NCBI GenBank assembly: GCA_951406725.2
Contig: OX597837.1
Location: forward strand, 39,308,001-39,372,000
DNA length: 64,000 nucleotides
Direction of reading: 5' to 3'
DNA from: Octopus vulgaris
Taxonomy: Eukaryota
Part shown: in pieces, positions 14,620-26,650 of the stretch
Position numbering within the stretch: the stretch's first letter is position 1
Layout of the letters: every line of letters begins with the position of its first letter
Position numbers and translations under genes: made by a program
Notes under the pieces: generated by a model
What the model saw: the letters and a program-made list of their open reading frames with translations, nothing else
Database searches by the model: none
Told to the model about the DNA's origin: nothing

Positions 14620-14714
14620 ATGTGTGTGTGTGTGTACATAGTACCTACAAACTAGATGTGACATTTCCTCACCTCCAGTAACCGAGAACAGTTGCCATGT
14701 TTTCCATACCTGCC

Positions 14715-14774
14715 ATCTCTGATGAGTGTTATTATCAGGTAACTAATATGAAGTGTGAAACCACTTGGTAAGAT
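14715..14774 (+). ncRNA. Type I hammerhead ribozyme motif (stem II decayed)
   Basis: atct-CTGATGA-[stem II]-GAAA-ccacttgg-TA-agat; stem I atct/agat, near-palindromic stem III. Confidence 0.6.
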
Positions 14775-14899
14775 CTATAATACTGTATACTTTGATGTGT
14801 ATAACTGTCATATATATTGTGATATATTAGATTTTTTTTAAGTGAAAAGAAGACACAATTTGAGTAGAAAGTGATTTATTCAATCAATGATATAATTAC

Positions 14900-15100
14900 C
14901 ATTTCATTCCAGTATCTTCTGCCATCTTGTGGACAGATCCATTATTCCCAGCTCAGTATCTTTCAATCTCAAGCTAGGTCTTCCATGGTTTCCTTTCCCT
15001 CGTTGCAAGTCAGGAGCAAAGGAATTGTCCGGGGGGGGAAGTCTGTTGTCGTCCATCCTACGTACATGACCCAAAACAATGTAAATTTCTCTCGATTAAG
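14900..15100 (-). mobile_element. RTE-clade LINE ORF C-terminal remnant
   Basis: Minus strand gives GHVRRMDDNRLP and GRPSLRLKD with frameshifts. Confidence 0.7.
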
Positions 15101-15974
15101 GCCTCCGTCACGGAGGCAGACCAGCATACCGTAGGATCTCTTCATTCCTGGTCGTCTCAAAGAGAGCGATGTTCATCATTTGACACAGCCACCTCATCAT
15201 ATGCGCATGTAACTGGTCTACTTCGGCATTTTAAAGTGGTGCTTGTACTTATTGACGTATTTACGATTGCACTCATATGCACACGCATACAAACACATGC
15301 ACATTCTCAGACTCACTTAATCTTATGCTCACCCACACATACATATGCATGTGCTCAAGCCTCCAGCACAACCACCACACACACATACATATGCTCATAC
15401 ATATGCTCACACGCTATCCTCAGATACATGCGCGCTTGCACGCCCCAGTTTTGCAAGGTTCCTTTGGCACATGAGTGACCGAGATCACAGCATTGCCCCT
15501 CTTCCCATGAACTGGGGGTGCCAGGCTGTCATAGAGGTACTCATTTACAGCTGAGTAGACTGAGGCAATGTAAAACAAAGTGGTTTGCTCAAGATCGCAA
15601 TGCACCGACCGGCCTGGGAATCGAAACCATGAAACTGTGATTGTGAGTGCAACGCCTTTAACCACTAGGCCATGCACCATTCTTGCAAATGTTTTGTTTT
15701 TTTTTCATTTTTTTTTTTTCCATTTTTTATTTTTTTTTAACAGCATGATGGCATGATATGATGGGATCATATTTCTGTTATCATCAGTTTTTCAAAAGGG
15801 CTGTATTGCCCTTTTCAAGGTTTGATTACACCACATTGCCCATATCTGAAGTTTCGGTAGATTGATACCTTTATCACTGCAGGGGACTGGGTTGGCTGTG
15901 GGATATTTGCTATCACTCCATGGAAAGTAGCATATTTGAGTGTGTATGTGTGTGTACATATGTATATATTTATA

Positions 15975-16367
15975 CCAGGGACGTGCCACCTAGGTAGGCA
16001 GTGCCTACCCTCAATAAAATAGATTGATAACAAAATTTTCCTTTTACAGCAAAATATACACCTAATTCAATAAAATTATGAAGGTTACTCTGATTACTAT
16101 GAAAATATTTTAGATTTTTGTAGATTAGATAGATACGCATAATTCGCCCCTGCTTTTCAATTTCAGTATTAAAGTTACGCATAGCACTGCTGTGGTACAC
16201 ATGCTGCGTGCACTCCTACAACACAATTTTCTTTACATGCTATAAAGGCAGAAGTAAATCTGCCTCCAACTCAGTCACTTATCTATGTTTCACTTATTTT
16301 TTGTGTGTTTTACTACATAAAGGTCACCTACTGCCTACCCTGAGTAATTACTGATGGTACATGCCTA
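15975..16367. mobile_element. hAT-like MITE, degenerate
   Basis: CAGGGACGTGCCA...TAGGTAGGCAGT start and ACTGCCTACC...TGGTACATGCCT end. Confidence 0.4.
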
Positions 16368-17406
16368 ATATATATATATATATAGTTTATATACTATTTA
16401 CAGAATAATTTTATCATTTGGATTTTCAGTTTCATAGACATAACTTTGTAAACAGTGTGTGGACTGATAGCCTAGTCTGTTAGAGGAGCTTAATGTGATA
16501 ACCACATGATTCTCTGAATCCATATCTTATGTTACTCATATAGTGAAGAAAGGCAAAACAAGGGCATTTAATTTGATTTAATTCAGTCTAAATTTAGTTA
16601 CATAATGAATGGTAAAATATAGTTTTAAAAAATAAACTCTGACGGCTCTTAGCTATTGGAGCATCATATTGAGTGAAGACTCTGTAAGTTGAGTATTCTG
16701 TCATTAGAGAGACGTATTGATTGATTGGTTGCTAGAATATTCTCAAATATGTATTTCGATGACATTTATTTTGACATCCAAGTCACATGACTGAAGCTGC
16801 TCTCGGATGCTATGCCAATGAACATTGATATTATTTGTCGTAGTAGTGGTAGTGGTAGTAGTAGTGGTGGTGGTGGTGGTAGTAGTGGTAGCAATGAAGC
16901 ATACTCGAATTCCTGTTTAAGTAAATAGATTCTGAAATTCGCTGCTAGATTAACCCATATAGTTGCTGAAACTAGTTTACCTTAGAACACCTTCACCTTT
17001 AGTGAAGTTAGACATGTGCATGCCCACATGCATGTGTGAATGTAAATTACATGAAAGACTATATGCATGTGAATGGTTTTACATAGAAGTCTACATAACC
17101 ATATATACATACATACATACATACATATGACTATTACATTCATACAACCATACATACAGTTACACATACAGACATGCAATCACACATGCAGACATGCAAT
17201 TACACATACAGACATGCAATTACATATACATACATATATACAGTTACATATGCATGCATATATGCAATTATGTATGTATGTATGCATTTATGTATGTATA
17301 TATATATATATATATAGGGAGAGTTTACGAAAACAACAAAAGACGAAGACAGGTGGTGTACAAAACAAACAGATGTATTAGTATAACGCTCAGGAAGAGA
17401 AAAAGT

Positions 17407-17442
17407 CTTTTACGTTTCGAGCCTACGCTCTTCTACAGAAAG
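17407..17442 (-). ncRNA. Minimal hammerhead-like motif with variant core CUGUAGA, in a Penelope-type repeat (about 17316-17470)
   Basis: cttt-CTGTAGA-agagc gtag gctc-GAAA-cg-TA-aaag; identical copy at 63889-63924(+). Confidence 0.6.
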
Positions 17443-17472
17443 GGACACAGAAAAAACAAGGAGAGGAGAAAT

Positions 17473-17692
17473 GACAAAATGAGATAACAAAACCAAGGCT
17501 GTGAGGAGTTTTCAGGACATTTATAAGGAAATAGTCTTACAGCTGTTTCTGAGATATTATGGATATCCTTTCATCAGAGATGAATAATATCCATAATATC
17601 CCAGAAACAGCTGTAAGACCATATCTATATCTATTTCCATATAAATGTTCTGAAAACTCCTCACAGCCTTGGCATTGATATTTCATTTTGTC
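17473..17692. repeat. Fold-back element carrying a hammerhead in its left arm
   Basis: ccaaggctgtgaggagttttcag ... ctgaaaactcctcacagccttgg. Confidence 0.8.
17535..17580 (-). ncRNA. Type I hammerhead ribozyme motif
   Basis: tct-CTGATGA-aaggatat ccata atatctca-GAAA-cagctg-TA-aga; stem III is the perfect palindrome ACAGCTGT. Confidence 0.75.
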
Positions 17693-17961
17693 TAATATTT
17701 ATATGCCTGCTAATACAAGACCCACATTAGACCCCTCACTTGTATCGTTATGGAACCAAGAGTTTAACTATGGTCTGTCCATAGCACTTACTAAGCGTTA
17801 CCTGCCACTCTTTGGGTCTTCTAGATACCAATACCTCATATATATATATATATACACACACATATACATACATACATAAGATACATACATAGGGTAGCGA
17901 ATATTCATATCACCACCAGTGGTCTAGCATGTATAAATAGTTAATAGACAACATATTCATA

Positions 17962-18165
17962 TGTACATTTAAACGCAAAAGAAAACTACCCTTTAACAGG
18001 TAATTTTTACATGCTAGAAATAGCAGCCAACACGGCCCAAACCACGATTTAATAGCAATTTTCAAAAATTGCTATTAAATCGTGGTTTTGGCCATGTTGG
18101 CTGCTATTTCTAGCATGTAAAAATTACCTGTTAAAGGGTAGTTTTCTTTTGTGTTTAAATGTACA
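17962..18165. repeat. Near-perfect 200 bp hairpin element
   Basis: Arms of about 100 bp with almost no loop; shares TAGAAATAGCAGCCAA with 13807-14007. Confidence 0.85.
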
Positions 18166-18629
18166 CTATTAAAATATATATATATATATATATCCATACA
18201 TACAATTACACATACGTACATATATGCAATTACGTATACATACATGTATATATCCAATTACACACACACACATATATATACACAATTACATATACATACT
18301 AAGCGCATGTATATGTATTTCTTATATGTCTGTGTGTCACCTACTTTCACTATTGTTAGAAGTTGACTGATGCCTTTTGACCACTCTAGCCACACTTGAC
18401 TCATCCTGACTTCCTTATTTTTGCTGGGGGTTTGCCCCTGGAGACTTTGTAAGACTGGAGGGAGACAGTGAACATTGAGCACCCTATACACACATTTACC
18501 CATACCTCTACCTGTACATGCTTTCACTGACGTGTGCAAGGACTCACCACTTCCAGGCACGTGCCCCGAAAAACTACTCTTCTTCTTCTTCATCACAGAT
18601 ATCGAGATCATACTCCCTTGATGCCCACA

Positions 18630-21600
18630 AACTCACAGAATGTCCATGATTAATGTTGGCTCAATGAGAGGTAGGTATGGTGAGATTGTCGAAATGCTTG
18701 AGTGGAGAGATGTAGATGTTTTCTGTTTGCAAGAGGTATAATGGCGGCGAGCTGGCAGACACGTTAGCACCTCGGGCGAAATGCCTGCGTTCTGAGTTCA
18801 AATTCTGCCTTTCATCCTTTCGGGGGTCGATTAAATAAGTACCAGTTATGCACTGGGGTCGATATAATCTGATTGAAATTCTTCTGGATAGGGAGCAGGG
18901 ATAGTTTTGGTAGAGAAGACGCAGGGACAGAATGACTGAGGAGCTGCTGGTTGCCGAAACAGACACTCGGAGGATTTTCACCAGAGCCCTGTCTGCCGGG
19001 TTGTGGCCCTAATACCATGGTGTCAGACCAATCCACCTTGGGTGTCCCTACCAGGAACTGAAGTTCTCGACAGCATAGCTCTGACAGTACCCGTTGCCAG
19101 CGTCCCCACCACGGTGAGGAGGGGATGGACTTTGGGGCCATACAAGTGAAGAGAGAGGCTTGGAAAGAGTGGAGGAAAGGAGGCAGCAATGTCCTATATC
19201 AGGTAGCAAAGAGGGAAGCTAGGTGACAGGTTTACAGGTTTATTTATCAAGGGCAGAAGCAGAAAGGAAGAGGTTTGCCAATGTCTTACAGCATGAAGAT
19301 CAGAGACTTATGGTGTTCTTGACTGTTGGACAGTATGGCAGAGAGAATTGAGATGTTGTTGGGGAGAAGTGTATCTGGGTGGATAATGGTATGCTTGCAC
19401 TCAGTGACTCCGAAAAGAGAGGTATAGAACTGTTACTATGAAAGGTTATTAAATATGAAGAACGAATGAATGAATGAAAAGGAATCTCCCTATGTAAACC
19501 CTACAGAGGGACCAGCTATCTGTGTTGGCTGCAGTATGATAGATAAGGCAATTAAGGACATAAAGACAAGGAAAGCCCCTGATTCATCAGAAATTACTAC
19601 TGAGGTGCTTAAAATATCTGGTGGAGTAGGCTACAGTCTAGTCCCCTGTATAGTTAATAAGGCTATTCAGGAACGTGTTATCCCTAATGACTGGTGTTAA
19701 TATTGTGTGCGCCCTCTGGTATTGCGAGTAGATGGCTTCCAGAGGGCGCACACTCTCCTACCCTGATGTAATCTCCAGGGATACAGGCATCCAGCAACAG
19801 GACCTCCGTAATGCTATGATGGACCGTGAAGTCTGGCGTAGCATGGTAAATTCCATTGTCTCGACCATGGTCAAACAATGATGATGGTGTTAACAGCATA
19901 ATAGTCAGCTGCTACAAGGGTAAGGGAGATTCTTTGGATAGAAGAAATTACAGAAGCATCAAAATGCGGGAGCAGGTCATGAAAGTAATGGAAAGTGTTA
20001 GAGCCCAATTAATTAGGAACAGAATCAGAATAGATGAAAAGCAGTTTGGCTTGTGGTGGGGAGAAGCACCAGTAATTCTATCTTTATAGTCAGACAACTG
20101 CAGGAGAAGTATTTGGTGAAGAATAAACCATTGTATTTGGCATTTGTCGATTTGGAGAAAGCCTTTGTAAGAGTACACTACTGTGTGATATGGTGGACTC
20201 TGAAGAAGCTTGGGGTAGACAAGTGGCTTGTAAAAGCTGTACCAGGCATTTACAGAGGTTCTGTCAGTAAGGTGAGAGTTAATCAGGAGTACAGTGATGA
20301 ATTTAGTGTACAGATAGGCATTCATCAGGTTTTGGTCCTCAACCCACTCCTATTCATCATTGTCCTCCAGGCCATAACAGAAGAATTCAGGATCAGCTGC
20401 CCCTGGGAACTGTATATATGCTGATGATCTTGCCCTTATTGCAGATTCTGTAACAGAACTAGAAAAGAAATTCCATGTGCGGAAACAAAACCTGGAATCA
20501 GAGGGCCTTAAGGTTAATTTAGGAAATACTAAAGTTCTAGTAAGCAAGGAAACTGACAAGGCCCTCCCTACCCTCACCAGATAAATGGCCCTACATGATA
20601 TGTAGGAAAGGTGTAGGGAGGAATTCCATATAGTGTACCCAGTGAAAGCTATGGAGACACGAGGTGCAGTGGAGTAATAGGAAGGTTATCCGAGACCGTA
20701 GTGTTTGTATTTGGAAGATGCACAGGAGCCATAAAAACTACAGAATCTCAGGAAATTGATTTTCTCAAATGCTCTAAAGGCTCTTTAGAGACAGTGGATA
20801 ATTTCTGCTACTTTAGGGACCTAATTAGCAATAGTAGAGAATGTACAGAAATTGTAATTGCTAGAATAAAATAGGATGGTGGGGTGGAATCCAAAGAGCC
20901 TTTACCTCTGGCAACCAAAGATCTCTCTCTCTCTCTCAGAAATGAAAGGAAGATTGTATGACGCATGTATACAAAGAGCAATGCTACATGGTAGTGAGAT
21001 GTGGGCCTTGAATGGAGAGGACATGCAAAGGCTGGTGAGGAAGTATGCTCTGCTGGATGTGCAATGTCAGTGTACATATGTGATTGAGTGCTAATGTATT
21101 GAGAGAAGAGTTAGGCACGGGAGGAATTAGATGCTGTGTGCGAGAGAGAAGACTGTGCTGTGCTGGTTTGGTCATGTAATGCATAGGGATGAAGACAGTT
21201 GCATGAAGAAGCGGATGAAATCTGTGGAAGAGGGAGACCCAGGAAGACATGGGATGAAGTGCTGAAGATTGATCTCAAAATACTGAGCCTTATGAAGGAG
21301 ATGAGAAAGGGCCAAGATATCTGGTGCCTTGCTCTTCTTCTCAAAAAGACCTGTCCACAAAAGCTGAATTGATATCCGAAACCACCTTGGTTAATGTTCC
21401 CTGCCTCCCCAGCTGAAGGGTTTCTTTGTCATGCAAGTTACTTGGTGACCCTGTTGGTGCTGGTGCCGTATAAAGGGCACTCAGTACACTCTGTAAAGTG
21501 GTTGTCATTAGGAAGGGCATCCAGCTGTGGAAACCCTGCCAGAACAGACCCTGGACTTACCAGCTCCATTCAAACCAACCAACCAACCCATGCCAGCATT

Positions 21601-21632
21601 GAAAGCAGACATTAAATAATGATGATGATGAT
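18630..21632 (+). mobile_element. RTE-clade LINE, degenerate and internally deleted (APE start, RT, 3'UTR with (GAT)n tail); interrupted by SINE A at about 18741-18876 and by an insertion at 19701-19884
   Basis: NVGSMRGRYGEIVEML...VDVFCLQEV (APE); YKGKGDSLDRRNYRSIK; LYLAFVDLEKAF; PLLFIIVL; YADDLALIA; GRLYDACIQRAMLHGSEMWAL; many stops and frameshifts. Confidence 0.9.
19701..19884 (+). mobile_element. 5'-truncated RTE 3' fragment with TSD and 5' inversion
   Basis: TSD TGGTGTTAA at 19692-19700 and 19885-19893; (GAT)n tail; gtgtgcgccctctgg / ccagagggcgcacac inverted. Confidence 0.75.
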
Positions 21633-21649
21633 ATATATGTATGTGTATA

Positions 21650-22240
21650 TATATCATGTGATTACATGATCAACCAGGCTATTGGATGTTGCACACTGCT
21701 GGTCACAATGCACTTTGTCTCATTTTGGCTTTTGAATTACACTGCACTGCCGGCTCGGCAAGAAGGCCAAGCCTCCACCCCTGCCACTGCCTGTCCCTGG
21801 GGAGAAGGCTAGTCCATTGCAAGGGTTTACTCATTTACAGCTTCGAGTGGACTGAGGCAGGAATTGAAACCGCAATCATGAGATCATGAATGCATTATGC
21901 CTAACCACATGGCTATGCGCCTTCACGTGTGTGTGTGTGTGTATGTGTATATATCACATGACCGACCAGGCTATCAGATTTTGCTACACATCGCTGGTCA
22001 CAATGCGCTTCACATTGTTTTAGCCTTCAAATGACGCCACCCCGCTGGCTAAGTGAGCAGGCCATCAGAAGAAAGAGTGAGAGGAAGTTGTGGCAAAAGT
22101 GTACAGCAGGGATCGCCACCACCCCCTGCAGGAGCCTCGTGGAGCTTTAGGTGTTTTTGCTCAATAAACACTCACAACGCCCGGTCTGGGAATCGAAACT
22201 GCAAGTCCACTGCCCTATACACTGGGCCATTGCGCCTCCA
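21650..22240 (-). mobile_element. Two tRNA-derived SINEs (family C-related)
   Basis: Reverse complement heads TGTGGAGGCGCAATGGCCCAGTG...GTTTCGATTCCC; related + copy at 50810-51070. Confidence 0.7.
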
Positions 22241-22241
22241 C

Positions 22242-22285
<44 letters not shown>

Positions 22286-22296
22286 ATACACACACA

Positions 22297-22505
22297 TGAG
22301 GGGGCGCTGAAAAGTTCCTGGCTTTAAGGATATCATGAAAGGCTTGGCTGGAGGTCCAGCCTTCCGAGTTCTTTTACAGGGCTTAGAAAAACTGAAGGGC
22401 CACTGCAATAAATGTGTGAACCTGAGAGGAGAATATATTCAATAAAATCATAATTAACTGGTCCTCCTGTATTTTCTTTTACCAAAAGCCAGGAACATTT
22501 CAACA

Positions 22506-22507
<2 letters not shown>
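22297..22507. mobile_element. Tc1/mariner-like MITE
   Basis: TIR gctgaaaagttcctggcttt / aaagccaggaacatttcaac; partial copy at 27085-27190. Confidence 0.65.
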
Positions 22508-22560
<53 letters not shown>

Positions 22561-22808
22561 CAGGTATTTACAGTTTCAAAGAAAGTGATATTTGACAACA
22601 TTAGGATGTTAGTACCACTGTATGGAGTGTTGGATATTACTCTGTGTGTGTGTGTTTTGCCAGTTTTGCAAATATGATATCAGTATTATCTTGGTGTGGA
22701 GTGAAGGATATTACAGGTACAACATCAATTTTTCGGACACTGATGGTTAAGAATTTTTTTAAGAGCTGCACTAATTTACACCGTACCTGTATTTCATTTT
22801 ATTAATTA

Positions 22809-23212
22809 CTAGCAGTATCGCCTGGCGTTGCTCGGGTTTGTAAGATGGAAATAACTATATAAGCATTTTTAGAGAGTTATAGCCAAAAAAATAGCAAAAA
22901 AATGCATTAAAAATGGGGAAAAATTATGGTAAATTTTTTTTTAAATCGTTGACTCATCGTATACATTTTTAGAGAGTTACTTCCCTTATATAATAGCGAA
23001 AAAAATGCATTAAAATGGAAAAAAATGATGGTAAAATTTTTTTTAAATCGTAGGATCATCGTAGATGCGCGCTAATACCCAGAAGGGCTCGATATGAATC
23101 ACGACTATAAGATACCCGGTTTTGGTTAAACTGCACCGCAAAATGTGGGAGTAGTTAGGAATCTAAATCGTTGGAGACAGACAGCACACAACCTCACTTT
23201 TATATATAAAGA
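22809..23212 (-). mobile_element. Non-autonomous Helitron
   Basis: Minus strand 5' TC(TTTATATATAAAAG) and 3' hairpin CCCGAGCAACGCCAGG followed by CTAG. Confidence 0.8.
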
Positions 23213-23721
23213 CTAGCAGTATCGCCCGGCGTTGCTCGGGTTTGCAAGGGAAATAACTATATAAGCATTTTTAGAGAGTTACTTCCCTTATAAATTCGGG
23301 CTTTCTTAGCCATTTTTGTTTTGGTGTCTTCAAGCCATGAAGTCGTTGTTCTAAAAGAACGCTGGTTTCCTTCACAACGCATTACGACGTTGATTTCTTT
23401 ACACTCCCTTCCCCACAGCTTCACGAGGGAGGGAAGAAGGGGGAGAAGCAAACAGGTGCAGCTGTGAGCGTGGACGCCAACTCCGCCGCCATCGACACAC
23501 GATGCATTTTATGCATTAAAATGGAATAAAAAATTATGTTAAATTATTTTTAAAATCGTAGACTCATCGTTGATGCGCGCTAATAGCCAGACGGGCTCGA
23601 TATGAATCACAACTATAAGATACCCGAATTTGGTTAAACTGCACCGCAAAATGTGGGAGGAGTTAGGAATCTAAATCGAAGGGGACAGACACTCACACAA
23701 CTAGAGTTTTATATATATAGA
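23213..23721 (-). mobile_element. Non-autonomous Helitron, head-to-tail with the previous copy
   Basis: Same termini; extra internal segment at about 23295-23500. Confidence 0.8.
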
Positions 23722-23913
23722 TATATATATAATATTTGTTTAATTTAGAGTTTGCTAACCTAAGTGGTCGGCTCCTGATTTGGAAAAATGTCAGTAATAC
23801 GGAATGGCATTTGAACCAAAAGTTCCAGAGAAATCCATGTTATACCTGTTTGTGTGTATGTGTTTGTGTGTGTGTGTATATGTGCGTGTATGTGTTTGTG
23901 TGTGTATATGTGC

Positions 23914-23954
<41 letters not shown>

Positions 23955-24012
23955 CGCATCTTACCAGAGTTTTGAAGTGATATCATTGTCTGCTGTTGCT
24001 GACTGTATATTG

Positions 24013-24402
24013 CTACTACCACCACCACTACTACTACCACCACCACTACTACCACCACTACTACTACTATTACTACTACCATCACTACTACTACTATTAC
24101 TACTACTCACTACTACTACCACCATCACTACTACTACTACCACTACTACTACTACTACCACCATCACTGCTACTACTACAACTACTACCACCACCACCAC
24201 CACTGCTACTACTATCACACTGCACTGCACTACTACCACTACAATCACCACTACTACCACTACAATCACCACTACTACCACCATCGCCACTACTACCATC
24301 AACACCACCACCACTATTACCACCATCACCACTACTACTACTACCATCATCACTACTGTCGCCACTGCTGCTGCTGCTGCTACTACTACTACTACTACTA
24401 CT
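24013..24402. repeat. (ACT/ACC/ATC)n compound trinucleotide microsatellite
   Basis: Seen directly. Confidence 0.9.
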
Positions 24403-24680
24403 TTGGGTGTAAAACAGCATGAAGTGTGTGCGTGTGCACACATGCATGCTCTCGTGCGTTTTGCAAATTTTAATAGAGTGAATTTCATCCTCATTGCTAT
24501 TAAGAAAGGGTTATTTTCACAGTCACCCCTCTGTTTTATCAAAAAGGGTTCATTAACACATTCCACCACTGATTTGAAACTGCACTACCTAACTTTTCTT
24601 ACCACCTGTTTCGAAGGGCCAACATCATTCTTGCATCAGCTTTTGAACAGTCAATGTGAATAGTGTGTGTAGTAGTAGTG

Positions 24681-24783
24681 TGAATGTTGCTGTAATTTAG
24701 CCCCAGGAGACATTGTCTCCAGCTGGCTATACGATACGATCTGTGTCCTTATACTTTCTGGGGCTAAATTACTGCAACATTCA
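24681..24783. mobile_element. Small MITE-like inverted repeat
   Basis: tgaatgttgctgtaatttagccccag / ctggggctaaattactgcaacattca. Confidence 0.65.
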
Positions 24784-25427
24784 TCCTAAACCAGGACTGC
24801 CCTATTATGTTGGCAAACAATCTTTACTACAAAGTACTGTTGCTGAATATCTCACGTTGTGAGATTTAAAATCAGTAATTACAGGCTTCATTCAGTTTCC
24901 ATCTTCCGAACTGAATCGCACAGCTTTAGTCAGCGTGAAACTATAATGGAAGACACTTGGCCAAGGTGCCATTCAGTGGGACTGAACTCAGAACCATGTT
25001 CCATGTGGCCCTTTTCTTGCAAAAGATTGTCCATGTCAAGGCGGTGAGCTGGCAGAAACGTTAGCAAGCTGGGCGAAATGCTTAACAGTATTTTATCTGT
25101 CTTTACATTCTGAGTTCAAATTCCGCCAAGGTCGACTTTGCCTTTCATCCTTTCAGGGTTGATAAATTAAGTACCAGTTGTGTACTGGGGGTCGATCTAA
25201 TCGACTGGCCCCCTCCTCCCCAGAAATTTCGAACTTTGTGCCTAGAGTAGAAAAGAAAAGATTGCCCATGTCTGGTTTAAAGCAAGAATATATTTTGGTC
25301 CCTTCCATTGATCATGGGATATTACTGGTACTGTGTGATAGTATGGTTCATACCGTGATATCACATGTGAATTTGTGATTCTGATATCATGAAATATTTT
25401 TTTTGTTTCTTTTTTTCCTCTGTTTAG

Positions 25428-25470
25428 AAGATTGAAAAAAGCGAAACGTGACCAGAATGCGCAAAATTAA
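25428..25470 (+). CDS. Last coding exon of the membrane protein: basic cytoplasmic tail and stop
   Basis: Acceptor ttttttcctctgtttag; phase-2 join with 13218 gives KRLKKAKRDQNAQN*; TAA is immediately followed by donor gtaagt. Confidence 0.75.
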
Positions 25471-25494
25471 GTAAGTAACTTATTATATACCAGT

Positions 25495-25962
25495 TCTCTG
25501 TCTGTCTGTCTGTCTGTCTGTATGTCTTTCTTTCTCTGTCAACACTTCCTCTCCCCCTTCTCATGTTTCTCCCCTCCCCCACCTCTGCTTTATCTTTCTT
25601 GCAACTCTCTTTCTCCCATACTATGACATCGTCTTCTTCATGTCTCTCTCTCTCTCCTTACTTTCGCTTTTCTATCATTCTTGTTTCTTTCTTTCTCTCT
25701 CTGTCTGTCTCTCTTTCTCTCGTCTCTCACTTCCCCTCTCTTTGCTTTCAATCTTTCTTGCATCTCCCTCTCAACTCTTCTCTCTCTCTCTCTCTCTCTC
25801 TCTCCCATTGTCTCTCTCATTGATTTCTAATCACGTATTTCTCTCTCTTTCCCTCTCAACACTTTCTCACCCTCTCATGTCTCTCCCTCCCTCTCTCCCC
25901 CTCTCTCCTAACACTTTCTCAACCTCTCATGTCGCTCCTTCTCTATCTGCTCTCTCTCTATT

Positions 25963-26011
<49 letters not shown>

Positions 26012-26260
26012 TTCTCTCTCTCTTTCTCTCTTTCTTTCTCTCTTTCTCTCTCTCTTTCTCTCTTTCTCGCTTTCTCTCTCTCTTTCTCTCTCTCAACACT
26101 TTCACCCTCTCATTGTCTCTCCCTTTCTTTCTCTCAACACTTTTCACCCTCTCATTGTCTCTCTCTCTCTGCTTTCTCTCTCAACACTTTCTCTCCTCCT
26201 CTCTCTGCTCTCTCATTCTGTCAGTCACTCTCTCTCCCTCCCTCCTCATCCCTCTCCTCT
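25495..26260. repeat. (CT)n-rich polypyrimidine low-complexity tract
   Basis: Seen directly. Confidence 0.9.
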
Positions 26261-26419
26261 ACAAACTCCCTGCTTCATCTCTTTCCATCTCCGCTACAAA
26301 CCAATCCAGTCAATAACCCTATCCACACCACAATATATATATCTGCTTTTAAATAGACCCATGCTAACTTCTCCCATCAGCTTTCTTATATATTTATGAA
26401 AACTCCGTCTTCAAAACAT

Positions 26420-26650
26420 GGAGGGCTTGTGGCTTAGTGGTTAGGGTGTTTGCTTCACAATTGTAAGGTTGTGAGTTCAATTCCTGGCAGCACCTTGTGT
26501 CCTTGACCCAGACACTTTATTTCATGTTGCTCCAGTCCACTTATGTCTTAAAGATAAGTGGTACCTGTAATTCAAAGGGGCCAGCCTTATCACATTCTAT
26601 GTAATGCTGAGTCTCCCTGAGATCTATGTTAAGGGCCCACATCTCTGTGG
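26420..26650 (+). mobile_element. tRNA-derived CORE-type SINE family C
   Basis: GTGGCTTAGTGGTTAGGG (A box), GAGTTCAATTCC (B box), GTCCTTGA..AGACACTTT; a less decayed copy lies at 50570-50730(-). Confidence 0.75.

Noticed and set aside
14679-14738. Possible in-frame 60 nt cassette exon (ctccag ... CAG|gtaact)
   Set aside because: Overlaps a hammerhead-bearing repeat and the peptide is uninformative; more likely chance splice-like sites
15765-15790. CTGATGA...GAAA on the minus strand
   Set aside because: No stem I or II can form; chance match
23854-24663. 269 aa Thr-rich mucin-like ORF
   Set aside because: (TG)n plus (ACT/ACC)n microsatellite inside an intron; no credible exon boundaries
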